64,000 nt of DNA from contig CM097882.1 in NCBI GenBank assembly GCA_044892505.1, positions 172,670,001 to 172,734,000 of the forward strand, in the 5' to 3' direction. The number at the start of each line of letters is the position of its first letter. Position 1 is the stretch's first letter. Source of the DNA: Schmidtea nova (lineage: Eukaryota). The notes under the pieces are model-generated. The model saw nothing but the letters and a program-made list of their open reading frames with translations, did not search any database and was not told where the DNA came from. Below are positions 1-12,800 of this stretch, piece after piece. The position numbers were made by a program, and so were the translations under genes.

Positions 1-555
1 GGTCATTTTTGTTTTAATTTCAACTTTTTAGCGCCGATTCTAAATTTTACCACAATTATGAATTTTAATAATAAGGTATCAATAGTAAGCCTTCAGAGAA
101 GGTTTACTATTGTTATTTTATTATCATATTTTAGTAAACTCTGCTAACGACAAAACATTTTATATTTAAATTATGAATTTTGTTTAAATAAACTAAATAT
201 TTGTTAAATTTCTAAGTGCCAATTTTGAATTTAAACAAAGTTCTAAATGGAGGTCACTATAAGGAAATCCAATGATGTATTCTTTGTTAACGAAAATAAA
301 TTTAAATCACTATCAAAATGGGCACAAAGAAGTTTAAAAATAAGGCAAAAGAATTTTTTTTGACTATCACTAAACTTTCCGAAAAAGTTAAACAAATAAA
401 AAGCATATTGTTTTAAAACCCCTACCCTCCCGAGTTGCACTGCTATATCCATATCATTTTACTGATATATTATTGTAAGATTTAAAATATTAACTGGTTG
501 ACGTCAGATTAGCTAAAACTGGCATTAAGAATTTTATTCTAAAAAAGCTATTTAC

Positions 556-884
556 CTTTGGATCAATTGCGTAACAGGCGACTGCATACAAAGCCTGCTC
601 GGGCCATGAATAAAACCAGTCAATATTAGTGTTATTAACAATTCCTGGAAAATTACGGCACCTATTTCGTAAAGTGTTTCCAACTGGACTCATTGTTAAA
701 ACTACATGTAATCTTGCAAGGCACAGTTCACAAAAATATTGCCATATTCCTTCTTTATTTTCTGGATAACCACTTTTGATGCCATCATCCCATAAATGTT
801 CAAGTATTTCTTCTTTTTCATCATCTGTAAACAACGTTGGAACCATGCCCATTGTTAGCATATTATTAATTAACTCAAGAAATC
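556..884 (-). CDS. DNAH10: Dynein exon, AAA4
   Basis: [15 protein letters not shown]...[35 protein letters not shown]. Confidence 0.94.
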
Positions 885-3800
885 CTTAAAGATAACATTA
901 TTTAAAAAATATTGAAATTTATAAATTAAATTTGAAGTCTGCAAAATTCATCAAAAATATGTTGAGATTTTAATGTTTTTTTAAAAGGCAGTCATCCACC
1001 AAATATATTTGAAAAAAATATTTCAATTGATTGAAATAATAAATAAAGCTAAAGCAGTCAGGTGAACTTGCAAATCTTTTCTGTGTTAAACTAATTACTA
1101 GCGCGAAGAAGTGAATATGATATTCACACGACATGTTTGCAAGTTTACACATTATCTGATAGATCTACCATATTCAAGTGATGTGATATCCAGTGTACGA
1201 GGAAAGTATGAAATAAAGTTATCCCAACTTTGTTTTATACTTACCTGGCGTGAAGAACCAAAAGCTTGAAATTAGTCTGCCATTGGGGTTTTGCAATGGG
1301 TACTTTATTTTAAAGTTTTTTGATATATAATCTCAAATAAATTTTATTGTTGAATTTTCTTGAAATTCAAAGTTGATTCCACGAATTGGACCAGCTTAAA
1401 CTTGGAAATTTGTGACGTTATTCAAAAATTTTCGTGCTTGCATTGTGGTAGCGACAGTGCAAAAATAAAATTTTATTCGATTAGTTGCCTTTGTCGGATT
1501 CAGATTAAACCTGTGAGATTTTAGGGAATTATATAAGGAAATTAGATTTAGTTTGTAAATTTGTTCAATTAGCTATTGCAGGAGTTCTTAAGACTTCATT
1601 TCTTGCGACACACTTAAAAATTATTTTTTAACATCTTCGACGTTAAAAAAGATAGATGTAAAATTTAATTAATTATACTTTAAAAATTAATAAAATTTTA
1701 AATCAAAGAGATTTACTGTTGATATATTTTAAGCACATGCTTAAAAAACATGGTCCTTTTTTAGACAGACTAACACGCATTTATGTATCTATATAGCTGC
1801 TATTGAATCCCCGACATTTAAAATTTTATTGTAAACGTAAAAGTGACAATGGGATATACAAAGTGAATTAGAAATGAAATTACTACATTGATTATAAAAA
1901 ATTATCTATAACAGAGTTAATTAAAATCTTTAAAGATCCAAAAATATTTCTTCCAAATTACTACTCGTTAACTCACCCAGCCACTACCACTACTGCGCCC
2001 AAATTCGTTTCTTAGTTAATTACTTTGAGTACCTAAAGCTTTTTATATTAGCCTTCTATTTTCCTTTACACTCACTAAGAATTCCTTCGAATAAATACAC
2101 AACATTACACAAACTAGACCGCTACATATTACACTTCAATTAAAACTTATGGTACTTTATATACCAAAACAAGAACACTTGCTTTTTCAAGCCGATTTCT
2201 TTTCAAAAAGTATTACTTGATTTTTAATGAATCGTCAGACAATTCAGATTCCTCTGATTCATCTGGATATGGCTCAATCAAGTTTTTCGGCTTTTATATG
2301 AGCATGGATTCAAGAAAAAATTAAAAGTACCGGATCATTCATACACCGTGTTTCACTCATGAAAATCAGCTATAATACACGTGGTTGTGCCACATCCAGG
2401 GTTATTGGTAATGATTTTTTAAAAATTTTTATGCATTAGCCATTTTAAAATGACTTTCAGATAAGTTAATTTATAAAAATAACTGTAAGGCTTTTATTTT
2501 CATCTCATAATGATCTGAAATCACTATAAAAGATTTAAAAGATTAATTATGTTATATTTGTAAGAAATTATGATTTTATAAAGATTTTTTAGTAATTATT
2601 TACAATTAAAATAAGTTAAAATCATTTTTGGTTTACATTAATAACCGCGCGCTCTATACCGCGCCGTTAATAACCGCACACATCAAAACCGCGAGCTGTT
2701 AATAATAGTGTCGATCATAAACGCGCACCATAGTGATGTATTAAAATACAATATCTGTTTGCAGTCGATTAAGGGGGAATTAAAATCTTGAACAAAATCT
2801 GTCTTGTTTTTAACTTTATTTTTCTTAACTACTGATTTACTTTCAGCCTGTCAGTCTTACATACCCTCGTTTTCGTCCAAATTAATTGATCTTCCAAAAA
2901 CCAACAATTCAGTCGAGGGATGGCACAGAGGTTTCAGCGAGCTTCTTGGTGCCAGTCATCCATCCATCTGGAAACTCATTGAGGGGTTGCAGAAAGAACA
3001 GAACATGAACGAGATGACAATTGAACAGTATATCACTGGTCAACAACCTGCTCCTAGTCAACGAATATACAGAGATACAGCTGCCAGAATCAAAGTTATC
3101 GTCGCTGATTGCGCTAATCGTCCGTTATTAAATTATCTTCGTGGGATCGTCTATATACAAGTTTAGGTCTTAACTTTTTTAGCGTTCCATTTAAAATATT
3201 ATTCAGTATTAAAATATATATGGAGAATTAGTTTATTTTAAATTTATATGTGTTGAATTTACATACTTGTGTAGGAATTTAGGTTGATTAATTAAAATTT
3301 TTTCGGATTTATTAAATAGACTTTTGTAGAATTATCTTTTGTTTATATCTACTTATGTTATGTGTAATGTGTATATAAATACTTGTTTAGGAATATAGGT
3401 ATTAAATTTATTTTCATATTTTTTTATCTAAAGTTCCTCAAGTTGGAATTTTCAAGGTCGCGGTATTATTGTTGCGTGGTTTTAAACAACGCTGTTGTGC
3501 ATGCGCGGTTTTTAACGGCGCGGCTGTGCGCACACTGATATAACTGTATACCTCATTTTTAACTATAATTTATTTATAAAACATTAATTTCCGAGGCTTT
3601 CTACCACCTTTTCTGCCTTTTGATATAGATGGCTATATTTTTTATATTTATAAATTTTATTTCTGATTTAATTTTTTGGTATTCTAATGGCATTTATTAT
3701 CCCAGTTTTGTCAATATCTGAAAACCTATCACAATCTAATAATTTTTAAATATATTTTTCAACACACGATTTTCAAACATTTTTTCGTTTAACAAATATT

Positions 3801-6800
3801 GTGTAATTGGTACATGGAATACCTGAAAGACTAAAAACATGATAAATATTTTTATAATTAAAAATAATTACTCATTTTTGGAAAACCTAATAGTTTTTAG
3901 TGAAACACGTTTCGAAATTTTTTGAAAATTTAATATAACTTAAAATATAGTACTTACGATGTTATTTCATCAATTTCCTGAAAACTCTAAGATAATTTTT
4001 TTGAAACATTTAAAAAAAAATTATCAGCCACCTTAAAATTAATTTCAATAATTGAATAGATTAAAATTTTTGGGGTGTTTTGACCCACAGAAACGGTTAA
4101 GGTATTTGAAAGTTTATATCTTTTTACATATTTTATTTTTGTGTGCGCTTATTTTTCTCTACCTCTTTTTCTACTTTATAAATGCTTTTCCAAGTAAAAC
4201 CTCAATACTTAACTGACAGGAAGAGTTTCATTTTTCTTTACTAAATTCTTATTGATTTTTTTTAATATTATAATATTATAGTCATTGAATCATTGAATTA
4301 CACTGAATTACACTACTGAATTACACGGTGTTTGATAAAATGATACAATTTTGATAGAAAATATGCATTATAAGTGCTGGTGTCCAATAGACACCAACAA
4401 GGTTTTACAAAGTTTGACATTCAAAAAATGGATATGAAGATAAAAAGAATAATAGAATTTATTGACAAGCCATGCACATGGTATAAGCCTTTGGAATAGT
4501 AAACTAATTATATGGAAAAAAACATTTAATTAAGAAAAGTAAGCTAGAAATAAAAAAAAATATTTTGTTTAGGGTAAAATTATTCGTGGGTTTATGTTTT
4601 GCATTATGTTTTGCATTATGTTTTGCATTATGTTTTGCATTATGTTTGCATTATGTTTTGCATTAATTACTACAAAAATCTCAAATAAAATTTATTTCTA
4701 GTAAATTAAAACAACTGAAATCCATGACGTCTAGTCACTTTAACTTTGGGTCTAAATAACTCCAGAAATTTGAGAATTGTTAATTGTAAATTTATCATCG
4801 CAACAATCTTACAGAGCTATTCAATTTTCTAACTCACACAAAAGGAGAATAATACTTAGTGTCTTCTAAAATTACACCTATTTCAATCATCTTTTGGAAT
4901 TAACCTTCCACTCATTTCTGTATTGAAGTTGGAACTTGTCTATTCTTGGATCGGTTTGACATCTGGAATGAGTACCAATGACGCCGTTACATTGCGCATA
5001 CTGCCCAGCATAGTCGATGGAATACTCTCAATATATGCCTGGCAAATGTGTAATATTAAATAATCTCTTTTGTGCAATCTGAATGTTTTATTGGATTCCA
5101 ATACTGGGACTAACTGAACCTTTTTCATAGTTGAGCGATAAGGACAGTTCCCATAATCTTCAAAACTATATAAAAAACTTAACAACAATTAATCAGAAGT
5201 ATTGATGCAGTAATAGTAGGTAGATGTGTGGAGCCAGGAACAAAGACATTATGACTCATTGCGTGGGCGGAAAATAAGAACAAAGACCCCTCCCTCCCCC
5301 GGGGGTAGAATTTTTTTTTGATGAGTCATCGATGAGTCATCGATGAGTCATACTTTTTTTTTCAAATTTTTTTTTCGCGCCAAAATTTTTTTTCAAATTT
5401 TTTTTTCGCGCCAAAAATTTTTTTTCAATTTTTTTTTTCGCGCCAAAATTTTTTTTTCAAAATATTTTTTCGCGCCAAAAATTTTTTTAAAATTTTTTTT
5501 TCGCGTTAAAAATTTTTTTTCAAAAATTTTTCTTTTAACAAATTTTTTTAACAAATTTTTTTTTTTCAAAATTTTTTTTTAACAAATTTTTTTAACACAA
5601 ATTTTTTTAACACAAATTTTTTTAACACAAATTTTTTTAACACAAATTTTTTTAACACAAATTTTTTTAACACAAATTTTTTTAACACAAATTTTTTTAA
5701 CACAAATTTTTTTAACACAAATTTTTTTAACACAAATTTTTTTAACACAAATTTTTTTAACACAAATTTTTTTAACACAAATTTTTTTAACATAAATTTT
5801 TTTAACACAAATTTTTTTAACAGAAATTTTTTTAACAGAAATTTTTTTAACACAAATTTTATTTTTTATTTTTATGACTCATAGATGACTCATCGATGAC
5901 TCACCATTATGACTCATCGATGACTCATCCTTATGACTCATGGATAACTCATTTCAATTTATAAATAAGTCACGTCATCGGTAACTCATAACAAAGACAT
6001 TGCAATCCATGTGCAACATTAACAAAGACATTGCAATCCACATGCAATGTAAACAAAGACATTTCCTTGCCAAATTTCATAACAAAGACATTTCAATGCC
6101 AAAAAAACTAAACAAAGACATTTCATTGCCAAAATACTAAACAAAGACATTTCATTGCCAAAAAACTAAACAAAGACATTTCATTGCCAAATTTTATAAC
6201 AAAGACATTTCATTGCCGAATTTCATAACAAAGACATTTCATTGCCAAATTTCTTAACAAAGACATTTCATAACAAAGACAATTCATTGCCAAAAAAACT
6301 AAACAAAGACATTTCATTGCCAAATTTCATAACAAAGACAATTCATTGCCAAAAAACTAAACAAAGACATTTCCTTGCCAAATTTCATAACAAAGACAAT
6401 TCATTGCCAAAATACTAAACAAAGACATTTCATTGCCAAAAAACTAAACAAAGACAATTCATTGCCAAATTTCATAACAAAAACAATTCATTGCCAAAAA
6501 AACTAAACAAAGACATTTCATTGCCAAATTTCATAACAAAGACAATTCATTGCCAAAAAACTAAACAAAGACATTTCATTGCCAAATTTCATAACAAAGA
6601 CAATTCATTTCCAAAAAACTAAACAAAGACATTTCATTGCCAAATTTCATAACAAAGACAATTCATTGCCAAAATACTAAACAAAGACATTTCATTGCCA
6701 AATTCCTAAAATAACTAAACACAGGCACGAACAGAACATTTACTAGCAGAACCCTAGTAGCAGAACATCTTTTGTGATAGTTTTTATCTGCCAAAGCTTA

Positions 6801-9800
6801 TTACTCGAACATTAATTACAATTCAACTTCATTCAGCATCATTTGATAAAACAAAGACATATCATTGCCAAAACATCTTAACAAAGACATTACAGTACCC
6901 ATGCAGTGTAAGCAACATGCTAACAAAGACATTGCAATACAGATGCAAGTTAACAAAGACATTGCAATACAGATGCAAGTTAACAAAGACATTGCAATAC
7001 AGATCCAAGTTAACAAAGACATTGCAATACATATGCAAGTTAACAAAGACATACATGCAAGTTAATAAAAAATATTCAAAAATATTCAAAAATATTCAAG
7101 GGTTCAAAATTTTTTAAAACTATATAAATATCATGTGAAAGATATTTGAGATGTGTGTGTGTATGTTTTCAAACCTTCAAGATGTCAAAAAAAATAATTA
7201 AACTACCACAACGTAATATATTTTTATTTTCCTACCCATTTTGACGCTGCAATTCATGTGCAATATTAACAAAGACATTGCAAAACAGATGCAAGTTAAC
7301 AAAGACATTGCAGTTGCAAGCCAAGTTAACAAAGACAAGATGTCAAAAAAGACTAATTATTAATCACAAATGCATTCTCTTAACCAATGATAAAAATAAA
7401 TTAAATGAAAATACATATATTTTTGTACGACATTATATGTATATCACATGATATTCATCAATATTAATACCACAAGATTCACACTTATCAATATTTTTTA
7501 AACATTTTGAACAAATAATGACATGTCCACAAGGTAAATATAAAATGCCAACTCTATTGATATTACATATTGAACATGTGAGAAATCTTTGTTTGGTTTC
7601 TTCCAATTTCTTGGTTACATTTACCTCTAAAATATCCACATTCAGCATGAAAGTTCGAATAATAGTACGATATTTTCCAAGTCGAAATTCCATACATGAC
7701 CAGAAAATGGTATTCAAATTGAATTCAGTAGAATCGAGATCATTAAGAATCATAAAAAAACTGGATAATTTCATCATGGATTTATCATATCCGAATGATT
7801 CTGTTAAACCGATAATTAATTTATTATTGAAGGATTTGAATAATTTTGAAAGAATGTCGATATCGCATTTCTCAATCGATGTTAAAAGGTCATCAAGTAT
7901 TAAAAAGGATTGGATCCAATTGTCCAAAGTAATGAAATTATCTGTAACCTATTTTAAAATAATTAATTTAAATATATATTTTTAAAACTAACTTTATTTG
8001 TTTCTTTATTCATTTTCGTCAATCAATACTATTTACAAGTTGTATTTATATTGCAAAAATCAACCAATAATAATCTTTTTGAATGTATAGTAAAGATATT
8101 GAGTTTTTTTAGTTTTTTTAGTTTTGTTATATATATCATCCTAGTTAAAATTTTATTAGTATAGTTGTTATATTAAATAATAAACATGAAAAGTAAATAA
8201 CCTTTTTGAATGTATAGATACAATATATATTAAAGCTATTGATGATATATATAACTATTTTAAAAGATGAAGAGGTAAAATAATTAATGTCATTATTCAG
8301 ACCATATTTTTAATCTTGCGATGAAATTATTAAAAAGCTTGAATATATGTTATGATGGATATGTTTCTTAGGATATCTTGCTTGATACTTTGTTTTAATT
8401 GTTGAAGTTTTTTAAACATCTGACAAAATCCCCTAAATTATTATTTATATCTCAAATGAATTACTTATAAAATTGTAATAGATATATACCAGCTTTTATT
8501 ACGTTGTGGTACTTTATAAATATTTTACGTTGTGGTATTTTAAATTGTAAAATTTTATTTAGAACATGAATTTTGATAATCCGCTTTGTTTTTTACAAGA
8601 AATTAAAACTATGATGTACAGTTTGATATTATTTTAATTTATTTTCGTGCGTATTTCCAATAATTATTTTGTCACAGACTATATATTTCCAATAGTTATT
8701 TCACAATTTTGTTACAGACTATATATTTTCAATAACTATTTCAACATTTTATTTTGTCACAGACTATCATTTTATGATATTAATTTCATGCTAGCAGAAC
8801 ATTGCGAACAGAACATTTAGTAGCAGAACCTATTCTGTGATGGTTTTTATCTGCCAAAGCTTATTACTCGAACATTTATTGCAATTCATTCAGCATCATT
8901 TGTTATAATATTTTCACCAATTAATATTTTCTCTATTGGTTTCCTCATTTTAATGTAGAATTTACTCTAACAATTTATTGTCACTCGTATAATTTTCATT
9001 AAATTTATCCACTAGCCGAACATTTCGAACAGAACCTTTAGTAACAGAACATCTTTTGTGATGGTTTTTATGTGCAAAAGCTCATTATTCATACATATAC
9101 TAAAATAACAATCATTAGCATATGAGCTTCGATCAATGTAACAGACAAATTGTGAAAGTATATTACAATTACTGATACTCTTTTAATGACAATTATTATG
9201 TGAATATTTCTTGTTTGATGAATTGCTATGTATGTTTGATGAATTTCAATATATTTTTGATGAATTTCATAGTATTTGTGAGAATTTGTGGATATTTTCT
9301 TGTAATTACGCTATAGAATTATGATATTTCATATATTTAATGATACTTTGTGATGACATTTCATATATATTTGATATGTATTTCTGATGTATTTGTGATA
9401 TTTTGTGATAATATTTTGTGTATGTTTGTATTTTCTTCTTTTTTTGTGATAATTTGTACATGAATATCTATGTATTTTGTGATGAAATTTTATATGATAT
9501 ATTTTTAATATGTTATCAAATAATATTTGATGTATCTAATATCATTTTGTGAGTATTTTAATGTATTTGCACTATAGTATGACGATATTTCATGCATTCA
9601 ACCTCATTTTAAAGTAGAATTTACTGTAATGTTTGAAACATTTATTTCCATTCATATAACTTTCATTAATTTTATACTGTAGCATAACATGACTAGCAGA
9701 ACATTTAGTAGCAGAACCCTAGTATCAGAACATCTTTTGTGATGGTTTTTATGTGCAACAGCTCATTACTTGAACAATTATTACTGTTACATTAAGGTAT

Positions 9801-12800
9801 GTTGATATATGATAGTATATTTTGTATGTGTAATGAACTTTTGTATGTGATTATATCCTTTGTATATGATAATATTTCATATTTGTGATGATATAACATA
9901 TATTTTCAGATATTTTGTTATGTAATGACACTAGTATGTAGATATTTCTTTAATGATTATTGTTGTAAATTTGATGAATTTCTGTGTATTTTTGATGATT
10001 TTCTATGTACTTTGTGATGATATTTAATATGATCTTTTTTTTCTTTTTTTAATATTTGGTATAATTTTGATGATTTCTATATATTTTTTCTATGTTATCA
10101 AACTATAGTAAGATAATATTTGATTCATCTAAAGTCATGTATCTAAAGAGTATTTCATGTATTTGCACTATAGTATGATGACATTTCATGCATTCAACCT
10201 CATTTTAAAGTAGAATTTAGTGTAATGTTTGAAAGATTTATTTCCATTCATAATACATTGTTACATTTTCATCAAATTTATTCAGTAGCAGAAAATTGCT
10301 AGCAGAACATTGTGAGCAGAACCCTAGTAGCAGAACCTATTCTGTGATGGTTTTTATGTGCAAAAGCTCATTAGCTAAACATTTATTACTGTTAAATTAT
10401 AGTATGATGATATATGTAATTATATTTTGTAATTATATATTGTAATAAACTTTTGATATTTTGTATGTAACGAATTTCTATGTACATTTTATATTTTGTG
10501 TATGTATGATAATATTTCATATGTGTTGATATTTCTGATGATATTTCATATAATTTTGATATTTATGTATATTTATTATGTAATTGCACAAGTATGTAGA
10601 TATTTCTTTAATGAATATTGTTGTGAATTTGATTTAATATCTGTATATTTTTTTGATGATTATCTATTTAATTGTACTATAGTGTGATGATATTTAATGT
10701 ATGTAATGATACTTTGTAATGATATCCTTTGTATGACACATTTTATTTTGATATTATATATATATTTTACACTAGTATGATAATAATTCATGCATTTGAC
10801 TGACTATAACATGACAACTTTTCATGTGAATGATATCCTTTGTGTATGTATGATATTTCTTTTAATTATTAAGTGTATTTGGAATATATCATGATAATAT
10901 TTTGTCTGTATTTGCATTAAAGTATGATGATATTTCATGTTTGTAAAGATATTTTATGATGATATTTTATATATGTAATGATATCCTTTGTGTATAGGAT
11001 TTATTTCTATGTACTTTTGATATTTTGTATGGTAATATTTCATGCGTTATAACATTTTGTGTAATGATATTTCATGTATGTAATGATACTTGTATGCGTT
11101 TTAATAATTTTCTATGTATTTCAATGTATTTTTATGTTATCAAACAAAAATATGATAATCTTTTATATATTTTCTTTGTGATTCTTTGATATTTTATGGG
11201 CATATTTCATATATTTTGTGAGTATTTCTAATGTTTAGACACGATAATGTGATAATATTTTGTGCATATGTTTGTATTTTTCTTTGTGGTTTACATAAAA
11301 GTATAATAATATTTCATATATATGATAAACTTTTGTGCAATGTGATAATTTGGCACTGGTGATAATATTCTTTTTATGATTATTATTGTATGTATTTCTA
11401 GTGTGTAAAAATTTCCTATAATTTTGTGTGTATTTTGTGATGATATTTCATGTATCTTTGCTATTTTCTATGTAATTTACACTATAATAATAATATTTCA
11501 TGCATGTGATAATCTGTAATGTTATTTCTTATATATGATATTTTGTATGATGAATCTATATATCTGTGAAAGTTTCTGTATTTTGTGGATATTTCATGTA
11601 TTTCTATGTTATCAAACTATAGTAAGATGAAATTTTATGTATGTTTGTATTTCAGATATTTTGTATGTATATTTATTCACTATAGTATGGTGATATTTTG
11701 TACGTGTGTGATAAATTTTTATGTATTTTGTATGTATTTTTGATAATAGTTCATATATGTAATGTTTTTGTGTGTGACGAATTTCTATGTACTTTTCATA
11801 TTTTGTGTGTAATTTTGGTGATTTTTTATGTAATTGCAGTATGATGATATTTTGTATGTAATTTGCACAATAGTATAATGTTATTTCATGTATGTAATGA
11901 TACTTTGTGATAATATTTCAAGTATGTAATGTATATTTCATATATTTTTGATATATTTGTACTATAATTTAAGAAAAATTTGTATGATTATCTCAATAGT
12001 ATGATAATTTTTCATGTATTTGTCATAGTGACCGAACATTTAGTAGCAGAACATTGCGAACAGAACCCTAGTAGCAGAACCTATTCTGTGATGGTTTTTA
12101 TGTGCAAAAGCTCATTACTTGAACATATTTCTAATAATAAATATATTGTTACCTAATTTTCAATGTCCCTTATCATCATTTTAATGTAACAGTTTAGCAA
12201 AACTTTCAATCATTGGTTGGTTAATAAAATGGTTGGTTATTAAATTGGTTGATTTTTGCAATATAAATACAACTTGTAAATAGTATTGATTGACGAAAAT
12301 GAATAAAGAAACAAATAAAGTTAGTTTTAAAAATATATATTTAAATTAATTATTTTAAAATAGGTTACAGATAATTTCATTACTTTGGACAATTGGATCC
12401 AATCCTTTTTAATACTTGATGACCTTTTAACATCGATTGAGAAATGCGATATCGACATTCTTTCAAAATTATTCAAATCCTTCAATAATAAATTAATTAT
12501 CGGTTTAACAGAATCATTCGGATATGATAAATCCATGATGAAATTATCCAGTTTTTTTATGATTCTTAATGATCTCGATTCTACTGAATTCAATTTGAAT
12601 ACCATTTTCTGGTCATGTATGGAATTTCGACTTGGAAAATATCGTACTATTATTCGAACTTTCATGCTGAATGTGGATATTTTAGAGGTAAATGTAACCA
12701 AGAAATTGGAAGAAACCAAACAAAGATTTCTCACATGTTCAATATGTAATATCAATAGAGTTGGCATTTTATATTTACCTTGTGGACATGTCATTATTTG

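Larger units (their letters stand above)
5215..8068. repeat. Left terminal inverted repeat arm (about 2.85 kb)
   Basis: Reverse complement of 12244-15235 apart from tandem-array copy number; inner end ...aaaatcaaccaat. Confidence 0.92.

Noticed and set aside
243-452. ORF as the next dynein exon
   Set aside because: It has no dynein similarity; the expected stalk-proximal exon must lie left of the window.
1237-1250. ATACTTACCTGGCG as a U1 snRNA gene
   Set aside because: It matches only the U1 5' end. There is no 70K loop, U1A loop or correctly placed Sm site, and it is equally explained as a minus-strand splice donor.
5343-5853. FFFRAKIF and KKFVL repeat ORFs (also 6816-7117, 13211-13618, 14325-14513, 14964-15224)
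   Set aside because: These are translations of tandem arrays, open in several frames on both strands, with copy number differing between arms.
6050-7065. 28-30-bp periodic arrays as a CRISPR array
   Set aside because: The units are contiguous tandem repeats with no unique spacers, there are no cas genes, and the context is eukaryotic.
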